From Moniliella sp. 'wahieum' (Eukaryota): 20,000 bases of DNA. The DNA lies in the NCBI GenBank assembly GCA_003971905.1, contig RSEE01000081.1:294250-314249 (forward strand). The letters run 5' to 3'. Below the pieces are notes generated by a model. It did not search any database and was not told the origin of the DNA. It saw nothing but the letters and a program-made list of their open reading frames with translations. Each line of letters starts with the position of its first letter. Position 1 is the first letter of the stretch. Position numbers and translations under genes: made by a program. Positions 18,059 through 20,000 of the stretch are shown piece by piece.

Positions 18059-20000
18059 CTAGGAGCCCCAACCAAGGCGTGGGGAGCGCGAACGATGGTC
18101 CCCGTAATCCCGATGATCGCGCCGCGGCTGGTCTCGCTTCGAGTCGCGGCGAGAGCGCGCGTCGTGCCTCTGGACTCGGAGCGGTAACCCGAGCCTTGGG
18201 AAGAACGGTCATAGTCATACGCCGAGGGGGGTGACAGCATATCGTTTGTCCGTCGCTTCTTGGCCAAATCAGGACCCAGGGAGCTGTGCTTGCGCTTGGC
18301 CGGACGCTCTTCTTTCCAGCGGGAAGGAGTATCGGACACGCTCTCCTCCAGGACAGGCGAATCGTTTTGGACAAGCTTGTTGAAAAGGTCGCGCAACTTG
18401 CTGGGCTGGACCTGGGATAATGTCAGCGTGAATCCAAAATGAACGGAATAGGGATAGAGAGACGTACCTCCGAAGGCCAAAAGTAGGATGCAAACGTCCA
18501 GAGATGACGGTCGAGCTTCTGGCGTTGAGCGCGCGACTGATTCTGGCCTTGAGCATTGACCGATCGCTCGATCTGTTGTCCAATTGCAGCGAGGGCGAGT
18601 TTGAGGATAGGTACTGTCTGCTCACGATCCATGGGATCCAGACCGGTTCGCAGACGTTGAGGTGCTTGCGACACGGACGCAGTAGTTCCTTGCACTGGGC
18701 CTCGTCCATATCATCGTCATCGTTCTCTCTCTCCTCTGAATCAGAGTAATCAAGCGACACGCCCCCGGCCCGACGGAGGCACGAGCGGGGAAGCCTTCGC
18801 CATCGAAAGATCCACCGGATCAGCAACCATGGCCTTGAGATGATCGTGTTCCCGCAGAACCTTCAGCAAATAATCTGCCCTCCGTACAAGGTGGACCGAG
18901 CTGGGGATGGGCTTGATTTTGCTACCGTCATCGGCGGTCACAGCCGCTGGGGTTGGGCTGGCTTGGGCTTGTGCTTTCCTTTCTTGGCCTCTTCGACCTT
19001 CTTGTTTTTTTCCTTCTCTTCCAATAGGAAGAATTTGCCCGCCAGCTTGAGGCCTGGATCAGCTTCGACTTGCTCCCACGAACCTAGGCCGTAGCGGTAA
19101 CACCCAACAAGCAGGTGGGCGTCATCTTCGGCGGTCCAGGGAACGGACCAGTTCATGGTTGTCTTGAGCGACTTGGCCGGCACGCGCCACGCATTCTGGC
19201 CTGATTCGCTCAGTCGATCCAACGTCTCGCCCAACAGACGCAGATCGTTGTGCCGAATGACCGTTGTTTCCGCATTGATCTTGTCGACCCGTAAACTTGA
19301 CCAGCACCGCCTTCTGGCGCACTTTCGACACATCCTCACCGCGTGCCAGCATGGCACGAAGCTGGCGGTCGTGGGCTTGGACAGCGGCAGTGCAGATGGC
19401 AAGAAGATCGGCCGTGGTACGCATGACGACGGCCTTATTCTTGCCTTGCAGACGCGCCTCTTCGACCAGCTGGTCATAGCGGTACGCTGGGTCGCCCCAC
19501 TTGTGCACGCCGCGCAAGAGGGTACGGATGTCGCGATCGTTGATCTCCATCGACTTTTCCGCTGCCGACTTGAGCTTCCGCCGGGGTACGGGGGCCGGGG
19601 CGGGTTTGCTGGCGGCCGAGGGGGAGGCAGCGGGGGTATCGGCAAGACTGGCGCTGGCGCTGGCGCTGGCACTGGGCTGCGGCTGCGGCTGCGGCTGGGA
19701 GTGCGACTGTGGCTGCGGCTGCGACTGCGAGTACGGCGGTGGGGTGCGGGTGCGGGTGCGGGTGCCATGGGGATCAGGCTCGGGCGAGGCAGCCGGAGAC
19801 TCGGTGCGCTCCGAGTCGGACGCAAAGGCGGGCATGGTGGGGATGGTGGCTGGAGGTGGTGGCGGGGATGGCGGTGGCGGTGGCGGCGGGGGCACGGGAG
19901 CGGGGGCACGGGAGCGGTGGCACGGGAGCGGGGGGCGGCGGGGAGCGCTTGCGCGGTGGCGTGCGTTGGATGCGGTGCCCGCAGCCGCAGCGGCCGCGTG
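18059..20000 (-). CDS. CHD1: CHD1/Hrp3-type chromatin remodeller, C-terminal part (SANT-SLIDE DNA-binding region and CHCT/DUF4208 domain); 5' part outside the window, frameshifted
   Basis: DRDIRTLLRGVHKWGD (SANT-like); WSVPWTAEDDAHLLVGCYRYGLGSWEQVEADPGLKLAGKFFL and PSSVHLVRRADYLL (SLIDE-like); MDEAQCKELLRPCRKHL..LAAIGQQI..HLWTFASYFWP..KLRDLFNKL (CHCT). The probable R/D/H-rich end is HRSRSPRLGWGS* (stop 18061-18059). Confidence 0.85.
18412..18467 (-). other. Spliceosomal intron (56 nt) in CHD1
   Basis: GAG|GTACGT donor at 18467, GCTGAC branch, CAG ending at 18412. Splicing joins YFWPSE to VQPSKLRDLF. Confidence 0.88.
19648..19945 (-). repeat. Cluster of coding micro-repeats: (SA)n, (QP)n, (TR)n, poly-Pro and GGCACGGGAGCGG-type units
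   Basis: ctggcg, ctgcgg, gtgcgg and ggtggc tandem hexamers, plus three ggcacgggagcgg copies at about 19891-19932. Confidence 0.75.

Overview
Compact, GC-rich, intron-poor eukaryotic DNA, most consistent with a basidiomycete fungus (Ustilaginomycotina-like is my inference). It holds seven housekeeping genes: an AVT1-type vacuolar amino-acid transporter (+), PRP24/SART3 (-), EBP2 (-), an SLM1-like coiled-coil/PH protein (-), ERCC1/RAD10 (-), a NUG1/GNL3-type GTPase (+) and the 3' part of a CHD1-type remodeller (-). Four short GT-AG introns are visible. Every gene is broken by several 1-2 nt indels, often at homopolymer runs. This most likely reflects unpolished long-read consensus errors and explains the fragmented ORF track. 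I see no mobile element, CRISPR array or RNA gene that I can support, and no clear new multi-gene system. The best leads are: (i) a ~220-nt intergenic fold-back with a perfect 20-bp core upstream of the SLM1-like gene, (ii) two UIM-like motifs on a long ERCC1 C-terminal tail, (iii) motifs shared between intergenic regions, and (iv) atypical termini or linkers in NUG1 and CHD1.
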